Of a stretch of DNA of 64,000 nucleotides, positions 38,735 to 49,659 are shown in pieces (positions within the stretch are counted from its first letter, which is position 1; every line of letters begins with the position of its first letter). The position numbers and the translations under genes were made by a program. The notes beneath the pieces are model-generated. The model was not told where the DNA came from and ran no database searches. It worked only from the letters and a program-made list of their open reading frames with translations. Origin of the DNA: Macrostomum hystrix (Eukaryota > Animalia > Platyhelminthes); contig CATNEN010000014.1 in the NCBI GenBank assembly GCA_950097015.1, positions 1,426,001 to 1,490,000 on the forward strand, in the 5' to 3' direction.

Positions 38735-39795
38735 ATAGCACACCAGAGTTTGAATCATGGCTGAACAAGAGTTTGAATCATGGCTAAACCAGAGTTTGAA
38801 TCATGGCAAAAACAGCGTCTGAATCATGGCTAAACCAGAGCTTGAATCATGGCTAAACCAGAGTTTGAATCATGGCTGAACCAGCGTTTGAATCATGGCT
38901 AAACCAGAGTTTGAATGAAGGCTAAACCCGAGTTTGAATCATGGCAAAACCAGAGTTTGAATCATGGCAAAACCAGAGTTTGAATCATGGCTAAACCAGA
39001 GTTTGAATCATGGCTAAACCAGCGTTTGAATCATGGCTAAACCAGAGTTTGAATCATGGCTAAACTAGAGTTTGAATCATGGCTAAAACAGAGTTTAAAT
39101 CATGGCAAAACCAGAGCTTGAATCATGGCAAAACCAGCGTTTGAATCAAGGCTAAACCAGAGCTTGAATCATGGCTAAACCAGAGCTTGAATCATGGCAA
39201 AATCAGAGTTTGAATCATGGCTAAACCAGAGTTTGAATCATGGCTAAACCAGAGTTTGAATCATGGCTAAACCAGAGCTTGAATCATGGCTAAACCAGAG
39301 TTTAAATCATGGCTAAACCAGAGTTTGAATCATGGCAAAACCCGAGTTTCAATCATGGCTAAACCAGAGTTTGAATCATGGCTAAACCAGAGTTTGAATC
39401 ATGGCTAAAACAGAGTTTGAATCATGGCAAAACCAGAGCTTGAATCATGGCTAAACCAGCGTTTGAATCATGGCTAAACCAGAGCTTGAATCATGGCTAA
39501 ACCAGAGTCTGAATCATGGCTAAACCAGAGTCTGAATCATGGCTAAACCAGCGTCTGAATCATGGCTAAAGCAGAGTTTGAATCATGGCTAAACTAGAGT
39601 CTGAATCATGGCTAAACCAGAGTTTGAATCATGGCTAAACCAGAGTTTGAATCATGGCTAAACCAGAGTTTGAATCATGGCTAAACCAGAGTTTGAATCA
39701 TGGCTAAACCAGAGTTTGAATCATGGCTAAACCAGAGTTTGAATCATGGCTAAACCAGAGTTTGAATCATGGCAAAACGAGAGTTTGAATCATAG
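38735..39795. repeat. 23-bp satellite array inside the Helitron (~46 copies)
   Basis: Same monomer as 1-13113. Confidence 0.96.
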
Positions 39796-39864
39796 CCCAC
39801 CAGGGTTTAAAACAGGGTGAAATCTGAGTTTGAATCTTGGCTTACCCAGCGTTTGAAAAATCAA

Positions 39865-40620
39865 CGTCAACTGGGGAGTCATCATCAAAATGGGGATCAT
39901 GGTAAACTGTGGGATAATCGTCAACTGGGGGATCATGGTAAACTTGGGGATCATTGTCAACTGGGTGATCATCATCAACTGGGGATCATCATCAACTGGG
40001 GGATCATCATCAACTGGGGGTTCATTGTCAACTGTGGGATCATTGTCAACCGGCGGGATCATTGTCAACTGGGGGATCATTGTCAACTGGGGGATCATTG
40101 TCAACTGGGGGGTAATGGTCAACTAGGGGATAATTGTCAACTGGGGAATCATCATCAAATGGGGGATCATGGTCAACTTGGGGATCATTGTCAACTGGAT
40201 GATCATCATAAACTGGGGGATCATTGTCAATTGGGGGAACATTGTCAACTGGACGAACATTGTTAACTGGGGATCATCATCAATGGGGAGTCATCATCAA
40301 CTGGGGGATCATTGTGAACTGGAGGATCTTTGTCAACTGGGGGATCATTGTCAACTGGGGGATCATTGTCAACTGGGGGATCATTGTCAACTGGGAGATC
40401 ATCATCAACGGGGGGATCATTGTCAACTGGGGGATCATTGTCAACTGGGGGATCATTGTCAACTGGGGGATCATTGTCAACTGGGGGATCATCATCAACT
40501 GGGGGATCATTGTCAACTGGGGGAACATTGTCAACTGGGGGTTCATTGTCAACTGGGGGATCATTGTCAACTGGGGGATAATTGTCAACTAGGGGATCAT
40601 CATCAACTAGGGGATCATTG
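39865..40620. repeat. 18-bp minisatellite GGGGGATCATTGTCAACT inside the Helitron
   Basis: Tandem periodicity; explains the repetitive ORFs listed at 39790-40639. Confidence 0.96.
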
Positions 40621-41105
40621 TTGCTATAAAAGTCTGTAAATTCAGCTGCTAAAAAGTATATACTAGACGAATTAAAAGTATTTCTGCTCCCCGAAGGGGG
40701 GCAAAACTTGCTAGTAGAGTACTATACGTATTAGAGATTGAACAAGGGGGTGACATCTCAGATACACTGAAGGCTTGCTAAAGTACCACTTGGCAACGTC
40801 AGCCAACTGTAACTTCACCTTAGTAATTGATTTTAACTGACGAGCACTTGACAAGTAAACTTCAAAGTCAGTGTTCTTTGTTTTCTGTATTTCATTTTCT
40901 AAATCGCTAATAAGACTTCTGCAGATAGCCAGCAGATAAGGAAGAGAATAACTATATGGAGCCCCGATCAGTTCAAGATCTTCATAGTGCTCTAGACATC
41001 CAATGATTTCTCTGACAGTTATGTAAGGGTTTGTGTGATGCATTTCTATTTCTTATATTAAAAAATTAATTTTTTCAGACTAAAAATGATTTCTTTCTAA
41101 CTCTT

Positions 41106-41455
41106 TCAGATGTGGGTCATTGCATACAAAACGGCCATACACAGCTCGCCACAAACATCACTGTTAAGCCCTTGGAGTAAAAAATCAGAGCGGTATATCT
41201 TATGTTCCATATAATTTCTCAGTTCTTCAGGCACGGCCGTATCATAACTATCAAAGTAGTAGTACAATTATGTTTGCGGTTCGGATTAATTACCCAACAA
41301 ACCCAATGAGAACCTGGTTTTTCTGCAGGGTCAAAGTTCATGATTCCACATTCTGTTTCTAGTGGAGATTCTGGCAGTGCATCTCTCATAGACTCCACGG
41401 AAGTTTGGGATTTGCGATTATTGAGCTAGCTCTTCTAAAAAATATTTGTTGTCAT
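41106..41455 (-). pseudogene. Adenain-type (adenovirus-like) cysteine protease, frameshifted; absent from the ORF track
   Basis: Hand translation across frames gives PNFRGVY..MRDALPESPLETECGIMNFDPAEKPGSHWVCW...YYFDSYDTAVPEELRNY...QGLNSDVCGELCMAVL, containing the catalytic His, Asp, Gln and Cys. Confidence 0.88.
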
Positions 41456-41470
41456 GTTTTTGGTATTTTT

Positions 41471-43399
41471 TTAAGCACATAATAATCTATTGTGTCCAAA
41501 TGGTAGGCTGTTAATGTTGTCAGCAAAGATATATCGCTTGTTATCAGCACCTGAGAGGCCTATCTTCTTCTGTTGAATTGTGCGAATTTTGTGGTCCTTA
41601 GACTGTAGTTTCACAAAATGATGGGTGGTGCGTTTATTATTGATCAATGCATTCATGTATGAAGCTTTATGGAGATCGTTTTTAACAACATGTTTTGGGA
41701 TTCCTTTTGACTTTTTAATGGTAGAATTACAACTTTCAACACAGTAGGACTTGGATCTCAATCCGATAAACTCTGTAATGAGGGTGCCAGCCGTTTCATC
41801 CCTCATTTTTTCTACAACTTTTTGATTCGTTGTGTCGCGTACTTGATCACCTTTCTAAGCCTTGAAGGACTCTGGATATTCGGATAGGTGGTACAGATGT
41901 TTTTGCTTCAGCATATCCTGATAGACATCCTCAGTCTGTATGTTTAGAATTAGGGTGTAAGTGTCAGTATAGAGAAGATTCACTTGTTCACCATATTGCC
42001 GCTTCATGTCATAGAAGAATTTATACATCAGGCGCTTAGATTCTCCAAGTACAGTTACACCTGTGAATATTGGCTTGCAGAGGGTTGTTTTGGTTTTATA
42101 AAACAATACTGCGCCCAAGTAACCAATAAAGATATGAAACTCTTTGAATGTAGGTTTAGAGATATTCCGAAGCAGTTTGTCAGGTTGTGCTGATGTAACG
42201 ATTTTCAGGTTCGTGCGTTTGCGTTCGTTTCCTAGGGTCTTGCAATAGACAGTTGTTTGCAAGCTTAAACAGGTCCTTGTCAAAGCTGTTTGTTGCTTTA
42301 ATTCTAATCTGGGTGTTTTTTTCTATATATGGCTTCATCCACGCTTCTTCTGTAAATGTGTGAGCCCTGTGAACTCTCGTAACCCTACAGCCTAGGGAGA
42401 TAAAATCCCGCAACAGTTTGTAATGAATGATGTAGCGTGTCTGGTTCATGAAATTTTTTGTTAACTTTTTTACATGCTCTTTTTCTGTTGATAGCCGCCA
42501 GCTTCCATCACCATTCTGGATTATCTTTGGACAGTTAATGTTCTCAGGGAAGGGGGCAAAGTCAGAGAAATAGTCGTGAAGTTCCCATGGGATTTCAACA
42601 TCAACTTCATAGATCGCAGGTGTTGAAAAGTCTGTGTTGCATTCTGTTAGCCACTGGAAATCTTTAACAGGTAAATCTTGGCTCATAGCCCAACCATAGA
42701 GGTTGTTCGCATCATGGTAAAGTATATAGTTTGATGGCTGCTCATTGTTATAGTCTTCCAAATACGGATACGCCTTAGCATACCTATAGAAACAAATAGA
42801 GATGCCACCTCTCTTAGATGAATCTATAAAGTTGTACTTGTCTATGTCTGTAAGCAACTCGATGTACCAGTCGGGATTATTTTGATCCGATTTAATTTTA
42901 AGCAACGATTCCCAACTGGTAGCAGGCAAAGACACATAATGAGCGGGGTCAAAACCATAAGCAGAGTACCAGAGTAGTCTGTGTTGTGGATTGTGTACTC
43001 AATATAATGCTCTGTGAATTTTCTCTGTGCAAATTTAATGTCTCCAGGTTGTTCTGACTCAACCGAGCGGATTAAACATTTTAGATTTTCTTGCTCCTGC
43101 TTGTTTTGGGGATATTTACAAGTCTAACCTGTGAGAGTGTCATATTTATTGACTAAGGCTTGGCTCTCTCGTTTGTGCTCAGCTGCAGGGTTCATCACCG
43201 GTGTGTACTGCTGTGATATTTGAAGCTGATTAATAATATCTTGCTGCCTTGCATAGCTCCCGAGGTAGCCTGGATCTATAATTAAATTCTGCTTACAGGG
43301 CCCTTGCAGAACTTTACTTTTCTGCTGAAAAGAAGAGGCTTGAGGACAATTATTTTGAAAGAAAGATTCGACAATTTTTTTCTGGACTTAATTTGGCAT
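41471..43399 (-). pseudogene. polB: Protein-primed family B DNA polymerase, frameshifted and apparently internally deleted
   Basis: FDPAHYVSLP, KRGGIS, YHDANNLYGWAMSQDLP, KDLFKLANN..VYCKT, LLYTDT, EFIGLRSKSY, KSKGI and DNKRY...SLPFGH. No exonuclease motifs are visible between the putative ATG (43399) and 42990. Confidence 0.92.
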
Positions 43400-43522
43400 T
43401 TATTAAGGAAAAAAATCTAGGGTGGTCAAATTTATGTGTCAAGAATGAGAAACTACTACCAACAGTTACAGTTAAATACAGTTAAATACAGTTATGAGAG
43501 CAGATTCTGTTCTGTTCTGTTT

Positions 43523-43997
43523 TCACATCCGGAGAATTGTAAATCCTGCATTATGCAGTGTCATGATGGCTTTAGCGATTTCTGATTTGCTGACTGATTC
43601 ATCAGCTGATTTATCAACTGATTCACAACTACCCATTCCGATTCTGACTCCTTTTTCTCTAGCGATTTTCTCCATCTCTCGTTGATGTGCTCTGTCATTG
43701 CCAGCCTTCACAGCTGATGCAACTCCGCCGGCTACACCTCCTGCAGCACCAAGAGCACCTGCGATGATTGGGATAAGAGTTAGCAAAGGAAGAATCCCGC
43801 CTGTCTTCTCATCAGTGATATTGTGTGTTTGATTGTTACAATGGATTAGATGCTGGATTGGATCTACTTTGAGTTTGACACCTTTAATTGATAAAACACC
43901 TGGCTTCCTAGAGTCGATAATTCTGCTGATTTTATTCACGGTTCTGGTTTCAATCAGAGTACCCCGATCGCATACTACTCGAAGACTATTCCTTCAT
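43523..43997 (-). pseudogene. Adenovirus pX-like core/membrane-active precursor
   Basis: KTGG|ILPLLTLIPIIAGALGAAGGVAGGVASAV resembles the adenovirus pX C-terminus RGG|ILPLLIPLIAAAIGAVPGIASV. The probable ATG at 43997 is one base out of frame. Confidence 0.7.
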
Positions 43998-44014
43998 TTA
44001 TTAAATTGCTTTTA

Positions 44015-44200
44015 GATTTAAAGTGCGCAGGATTTCTTAGTATATATTTTATTAAATCTCAAAACATCCGATATTTGAGAAACTAAGGTGCGTAGCTGTA
44101 AAAACCGGTCTGACCAAAGATGCTATATAATTATAGAAGAACAATTCTATATTGTAAATTATGTAGCATAGTATAGCATGTCCTTATTCCTCAGCCCTCA
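44015..44200 (+). repeat. Dispersed repeat, inverted partner of ~52550-52790, leading into a 23-bp minisatellite
   Basis: ATATTTGAGAAACT...TATGTAGCATAGTATA...TCCTTATTCCTCAGCCCTC matches the reverse complement at 52570-52790. Confidence 0.8.
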
Positions 44201-44736
44201 TTCAGTCTCTCCCTCAGCCCTCATTCAGTCTCTAACTCAGCCCTCATTCAGTCTCTCCCTCAGCCCTCATTCAGTCTCTCCCTCAGCCCTCATTCAGTCT
44301 CTCCCTCAGCCCTCATTCAGTCACTCCCTCAGCCCTCATTCAGTCTCTCCCTCAGCCCTCATTCAGTCTCTCCCTCAGCCCTCATTCAGTCTCTCCCTCA
44401 GCCCTCATTCAGTCACTCCCTCAGCCCTCATTCAGTCTCTCCCTCAGCCCTCATTCAGTCTCTCCCTCAGCCCTCATTCAGTCTCTAACTCAGCCCTCAT
44501 TCAGTCTCTCCCTCAGCCCTCATTCAGTCTCTCCCTCAGCCCTCATTCAGTCACTCCCTCAGCCCTCATTCAGTCTCTCCCTCAGCCCTCATTCAGTCTC
44601 TCCCTCAGCCCTCATTCAGTCTCTCCCTCAGCCCTCATTCAGTCACTCCCTCAGCCCTCATTCAGTCTCTCCCTCAGCCCTCATTCAGTCTCTCCCTCAG
44701 CCCTCATTCAGTCTCTCCCTCAGCCCTCATTCAGTC
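44188..44736. repeat. 23-bp minisatellite CAGCCCTCATTCAGTCTCTCCCT (~24 copies)
   Basis: Period of 23; sequence unrelated to the giant-array monomer. Confidence 0.95.
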
Positions 44737-44742
44737 GATTCC

Positions 44743-47700
44743 TCAGCGCTCCTTCTCGATCAGTATGTGGGTCTGGCACAGGTTTCTGCACAGCAGTAAC
44801 AGAAGCAGGGCGGTAATCATCAGCAGCAGCAGCGCCGCCGCCAGGACAATCTCCCTCAATCTCGGGGACATCACCTTGCCCTAAAGCAAGAGAATGACAT
44901 GGATGATTTTACCAAAAGTCGGGACATCAGGTGCATATAGAACTGGAAGTGGAATATCAGGTGAATATAGAACTGGAAGTGGGATATCAGGTGAATATAG
45001 AACTGGAAGTGGGATATCAGGTTAATATAGAACTGGAAGTGGGATATCAGGTAACTATAGAACTGGAAGTGGGATATCAGGTGAATATAGAACTGGAAGT
45101 GGTATTTCAGATGAATATAGAACTGGAAGTGGGATATCAGGTAACTATAGAACTGGAAGTGGGATATCAGGTGAATAAAGAACTGGAAGTGGGATATCAG
45201 GTAAATATAGAACTGGAAGTGGGATATCAGGTAACTATAGAACTGGAAGTGGGATATCAGGTGAATATAGAACTGAAAGTGGGGATATCAGGTGAATAAA
45301 GAACTGGAAGTGGGATATCAGGTAAATATAGAACTGGAAGTGGGATATCAGGTAACTATAGAACTGGAAGTGGGATATCAGGTGAATATAGAACTGGAAG
45401 TGGGGATATCAGGTGAATAAAGAACTGGAAGTGGGATATCAGCAGGGATCAGAAGTGCTGAACATCCCAGCGCATTATTCATAGAAACAGGCAAAGGCGC
45501 ACCTGGAAGTCGATGCTCAGGACGATTGACTGCAGACTGCTGGTCACATCAAAGTCAGTTGAGTAGAAGCAGCGAGGATCGGCCCTGCAGTCTTTGTCAC
45601 CGGCAGCTACGTCCTTAGAACCGTACCTGTCTTTGTGCATCCGAAGGTTCGCCAGATCGGCGAGGCTGACGGAGCCGGGCCGGTAGCGGAGGTTGAAAAC
45701 AGGCGTGAGGGTTTTGCGCTTCTGCAGCTCGGCAAGAACTTTCTCGTCTGAGATTGGCAGGACCTGTCGGGCGGTGAAGAGTCGGTAAAGTCGCGAGTGA
45801 GTGAGGGCGGGAAATAACGGGTCCATTAAATTTTATTTCCAACCGCGCACCTTAAATGACAGTCGATTTGTGTTGCTATCGAATAAGATTTCGGACACGC
45901 CTGGCTGGTTGATGATGGCTAGGTCAGTGAGGTAGACATTGTCAATCTTGAACATGGCGACCACTTCGACGTCGAATTGCTTCAGATAGGCAGTCAATTC
46001 CGGTTTGAAAGCTACTGCGAACTCGGCGCCGGTGATGGTGGAGCAGTGCTGCATGGAGCAGTTCCTGGCCATACTCAAATCAAAGCTCTCAGGCCCTGGA
46101 CGCTGCAAGAAGAGGACATTGCTGCCAGACTCTACCGAGTATTTCGGCATGCCGATCTTCTCCGCATCGCCGGGGCTCACGGTGGCGCGGCACACAATGC
46201 GATGCGAGAAATCCCTGCCCATGGACGATTTGCGCGGCGGGACACTGTCAATCGTTATGTTGATGGTTCTCCTGCCCGGCACTGAGGTCACCGTGTCAAC
46301 AGTGACAGTCTGGCGCGGACTAAACAGCGAGTTGAATTCGTTCAACTGCAGCTCCTTCCACGCAGAGGCTTCACGAACAACCGATGTTGAGAACACGGCA
46401 CTGGCAACCACCTGGTCCAAGTTGCTAAAAAATGTGGTGCAGTTGTAAGACATGGACTCGCCTTCCATTGCGTAGATCCTGGGCGGCAGGTTGCCGGATA
46501 CTACACTGGAGCTTTCAAATGGCTTATAGCTGAAATGTGGCATGCTGACAATATGTACATTGAATATGAAGCTAACACCACCGGCCTCGCAAGTGTACTG
46601 GCCAGAGTGACTGTTGTCCACGGTCTCCGTGAACTCAATGACATTGCCAGTCTTTGAGACTCGGATGCCGTCAACATTTGACCAACTGTATGGCGACCAT
46701 GCCACTAACGTCCGTCGATTATTGTCTTTGCTGATGTGCGTAAATTTGTAGGTCGTCAGGGGGTCGGTGCAGATGATCGGGCAGACAAGAGGCGTGGCGT
46801 CCATGCCAGAGAAGATAAAAATAGGATCATTGCTCAGGTTGGCCGGCAGCTTGCAACCGGCATTTGTGCCCTGCCTGGTGTACATCACTTTATCTTTGTA
46901 TATCCTCTCTTTGACAGCAAAATGGCGGTCATAGGGCCTTACAATACCGGAGAACGAGAGTTTGGCGCAGATGTTGAATTCAAAGAAATAATTCTTACGA
47001 AAGCTGCTAGCAAAGGTGCTGCTGAGGCCGTAGGCTGCATAGTGCAGCTCGCCAGTGGCTAGATTCAAGTGCATATGCTTCAGCAGCTGCAGTCTTTGTT
47101 CGTCCAGCTTTGAATTATAATTGACAATCGTGGCGGTTCTTGCCCAATCGAAAAACGGGTAATCACAGCCCACATCGTCAAATATGAGCACTGCACCAAT
47201 GTTGATTTTTGACCTGAGAAAGGCTGGTGCCGACTTAAGCGCACTAACAATGCTTTGATCAATGAATTTCACGCTGCCAAAATCTGATGTCATCCTCAAA
47301 TTTAACAAGAATTCATATGCTTCTGGAGTGAGGAATCTCAGCATGACATTTGAGCCAGACACCGGTTCGCTGTTCCAGTTTCCCAGGGGCTCCAGGCTCC
47401 ACACGAAGACGCTATTGGACTGGAGCTTCAAATCCGGCTGCCCAGACACGCGGACCTGCACGGAGAGCTCTAGCTTCTTCCTAAAGACATCAACCGACGG
47501 CAATGAAGAAGGCTCAAGAATGAATTTGAATGCGTTCGGCTTGCCTTCAACTGGCTGCAAGGAGAATGGGATCATTGTGTTTTCACACTGCAGCTCGCGA
47601 CCGGTCACGGCTGACAAGTCAAGATCGAGCTCGTCGTTGGTATATGGGCACTTGTACTTGAGAACAGCTGAGTAGCCTATCTGCTGGTTTCTTTTGCCAA

Positions 47701-47905
47701 CAAGAGAAATGTTGATTGTAAAGCTTTGCTTCGGCTTCAGAATGGCGAACATGTTGGGGCCGCCAACCTCCCACACATAATACGAGGAGAGGAGGATCTT
47801 GCCAGTCTGTGAATAACTGAATCGCACGTTCTCGGTGTCAACATCCTTGGACACTACAAAGCTGGCGCATGCCAGCCAGAGCAACAGAATGCTTTGGGAA
47901 AGCAT
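44743..47905 (-). CDS. Host gene: Ig-domain type I membrane protein, 3 exons (47905-45851, 45763-45503, 44880-44743), ~817 aa
   Basis: Signal peptide MLSQSILLLWLACASFVVS, Ig-like motif (C...W...HSGQYTC), phase-0 GT/AG introns of 87 and 622 nt that keep the frame, and a last exon encoding TM IVLAAALLLLMITALLLLLLC plus a short tail. No stops or frameshifts. Confidence 0.8.
44925..45441. repeat. 30-bp intronic minisatellite GGTGAATATAGAACTGGAAGTGGGATATCA (~17 copies)
   Basis: Period of 30; lies inside predicted intron 2. Confidence 0.95.
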
Positions 47906-49349
47906 GGGCTGCAACAAATGAACTTCTGTAATTAGGCTTAACATTCATTGTTCTACAGTATTACACAGGTGGTAATTGGAATGCATTAAAAAAATAATTA
48001 CTCAGATTATAATAAAAGAGTCAATGAGCTCATTACAAAAAATAGAATTGGCATTTAAATAAGCCAACAGCTGATGGCTTTTTGAGTATCACTAGATTAA
48101 AAGAGAAACTCGAAGAGAAAGAAATACCGTAAAAATGAATTTAGAAGAAATTAACAACTGATAAATTAAAATACATACATTTTCTATAAACAAAGATTCT
48201 GTATAATCTTGGAAGGCTATAACGCTACTGCAATACTCCATGAAAATTAAAAAAGTTACATTTTCTAGCAAATTTTTTTAGAGGATGTGGCCTACAGCTT
48301 AATTGATATAATTGGTCATATATGATAATATATTCAAACAGGGACTATACATTGACACATGTAACATTCGAACATTAATCAAAGATTTGCAATTACCTGA
48401 GAAGACTAAATTTTGAATCTAGGAGCCCATTAGACTAGCTTCATTTAATTGTGAAATGATTAATAATGACTGAGCTAGTATGAACTTAATTGTTTATTGA
48501 TAATAAGTACAAAAGTACAAATAGGACAGCAATGAAACAACAACATCCAAAATGCAGTGGTGTTTTATGCACATAAATATACGAGTATTTTTAGTCGAAA
48601 TATATCAATTGATTTTAAATTTATAATCAGGTGATGTTTTGTTTTTGAGCTTCTGAAAAAAAATTGAAATTTAGAGTTTTAGTTCATATCTTTGAGGTTA
48701 TGGAAAGGTGCAATTCGATTATTTAAATAATATGACTGTAAATTTTGAAATTGATTATTACTAGCTTATAGGGAGCATATTTCTTTTATAACAGTGGATC
48801 TGTTGATTTGACTATGAGTGGATTTTCTTAGATATTTAAATGCAAATATGTTCTCTTTTACAATCAGATATCTTATATAGTAAACATAGTTTACCAGCAA
48901 CTTGAACTGATTCGGTACAGAAGCAGATTCTGACGCATCAATGACTGGAAGAATTCGTCTTGTAAAAAGGCAAGGGTCTTCCTGCTGCCAGATTATCCCA
49001 AAGCCGCTTTGAGCTTTTGGAAAAGTGCAACTCGATTATTTAAATAATATGACTGTAAATGTACTTGTACATCAAAGCTGCGGACTGTGAAGTGATTTAA
49101 GATCTGATAAAAAATGAGATAAAATCATAGCAATATTGACAAAATACTTCAGCTTTGGGGCAATCAACACCTTAGAGAGAAGTCTGCTAAAATAGACTGG
49201 AATACAATTTACCATATTTTGGAAAGTAAGGAAACTTTGTTGGTTATTATTTCTTTTTCTCATTCCCCACTTACTTTTCTGATCTACATTTTTACCTTCT
49301 CTCATTCATGACTTATTCTCCCTTGTCATAGATATCGTTTTGCCTCAAA

Positions 49350-49650
49350 AGAGAAGAAAAGCAGAGAGAGAGAAGTGATAGATAATGAAGAAGACAGAAA
49401 TAACAGAGAGAGTAGAAAAGAAGAAAAAACAAAAAGCAAAAGAGAAGGAGAAAAAGCTGAGTAGAAGAGACAGAGAATAAAACAGCGAGAGAGAAGAAGA
49501 GAAGAAAAGCAGAGGGAGATAATTGAGAAGAATAATTAAATGAAGGAAAACAGAAAAATAGTAGAAGAGAAAGAAAGTGAAAGTAAAGGAGAAGAAAGTC
49601 AAAGAGTTAAGGAGAATAAAAAGAAAGAAGTAAAAAAGAAGAGTTTTTGC
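49350..49650. repeat. Purine-rich (AG) low-complexity tract
   Basis: Almost entirely A and G on the plus strand. Confidence 0.85.
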
Positions 49651-49659
49651 CATCCACAT

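Larger units (their letters stand above)
38152..40714 (+). mobile_element. Complete non-autonomous Helitron loaded with satellite arrays
   Basis: A|TC 5' end (TCCACTATACTAAAAATG...CCGATTTT), 3' hairpin GCTCCCC-GAA-GGGGGGC followed by CTAG|T, and no TSD. Confidence 0.88.
38082..41043 (-). pseudogene. Viral ORF of unknown function split by the Helitron (parts 41043-40715 and 38151-38082)
   Basis: The 110-aa ORF ends at a stop supplied by the Helitron CTAG; excision extends it in frame as ...LIRIVLYAQRMGFPIDNIPLHGTAYEHDL*. Confidence 0.6.
25457..44000. mobile_element. Endogenous Polinton/Maverick (adintovirus-like) genome, degraded, with nested BEL and Helitron insertions
   Basis: Compact AT-rich cluster of penton, major capsid, packaging ATPase, cysteine protease, pPolB and pX-like genes. 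The boundaries are approximate. Confidence 0.9.

Noticed and set aside
39790-40639. Repetitive ORFs (GDHCQL, GIIVNW, MIPQLT repeats)
   Set aside because: Translation artefacts of an 18-bp array that is open in several frames on both strands.
43955-43979. GCATACTACT, the exact inverse of the AGTAGTATGC terminus at 22878, as a right Polinton TIR
   Set aside because: The match is 10 bp exact (about 19 of 25 overall), the flanks give no TSD (CTGTCA vs CGAAGA), and the site lies in what reads as the N-terminal coding part of the pX-like gene. Not excluded, but unsupported.
44178-45299. ORFs from the 23-bp and 30-bp arrays
   Set aside because: Pure tandem repeats; the 30-mer lies in a predicted intron and the 23-mer lies just past the host gene stop.
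48702-49060. ~42-bp direct repeat upstream of the host gene as a regulatory module
   Set aside because: A real duplication (about 48702 and 49019), but nothing in the sequence supports a function.
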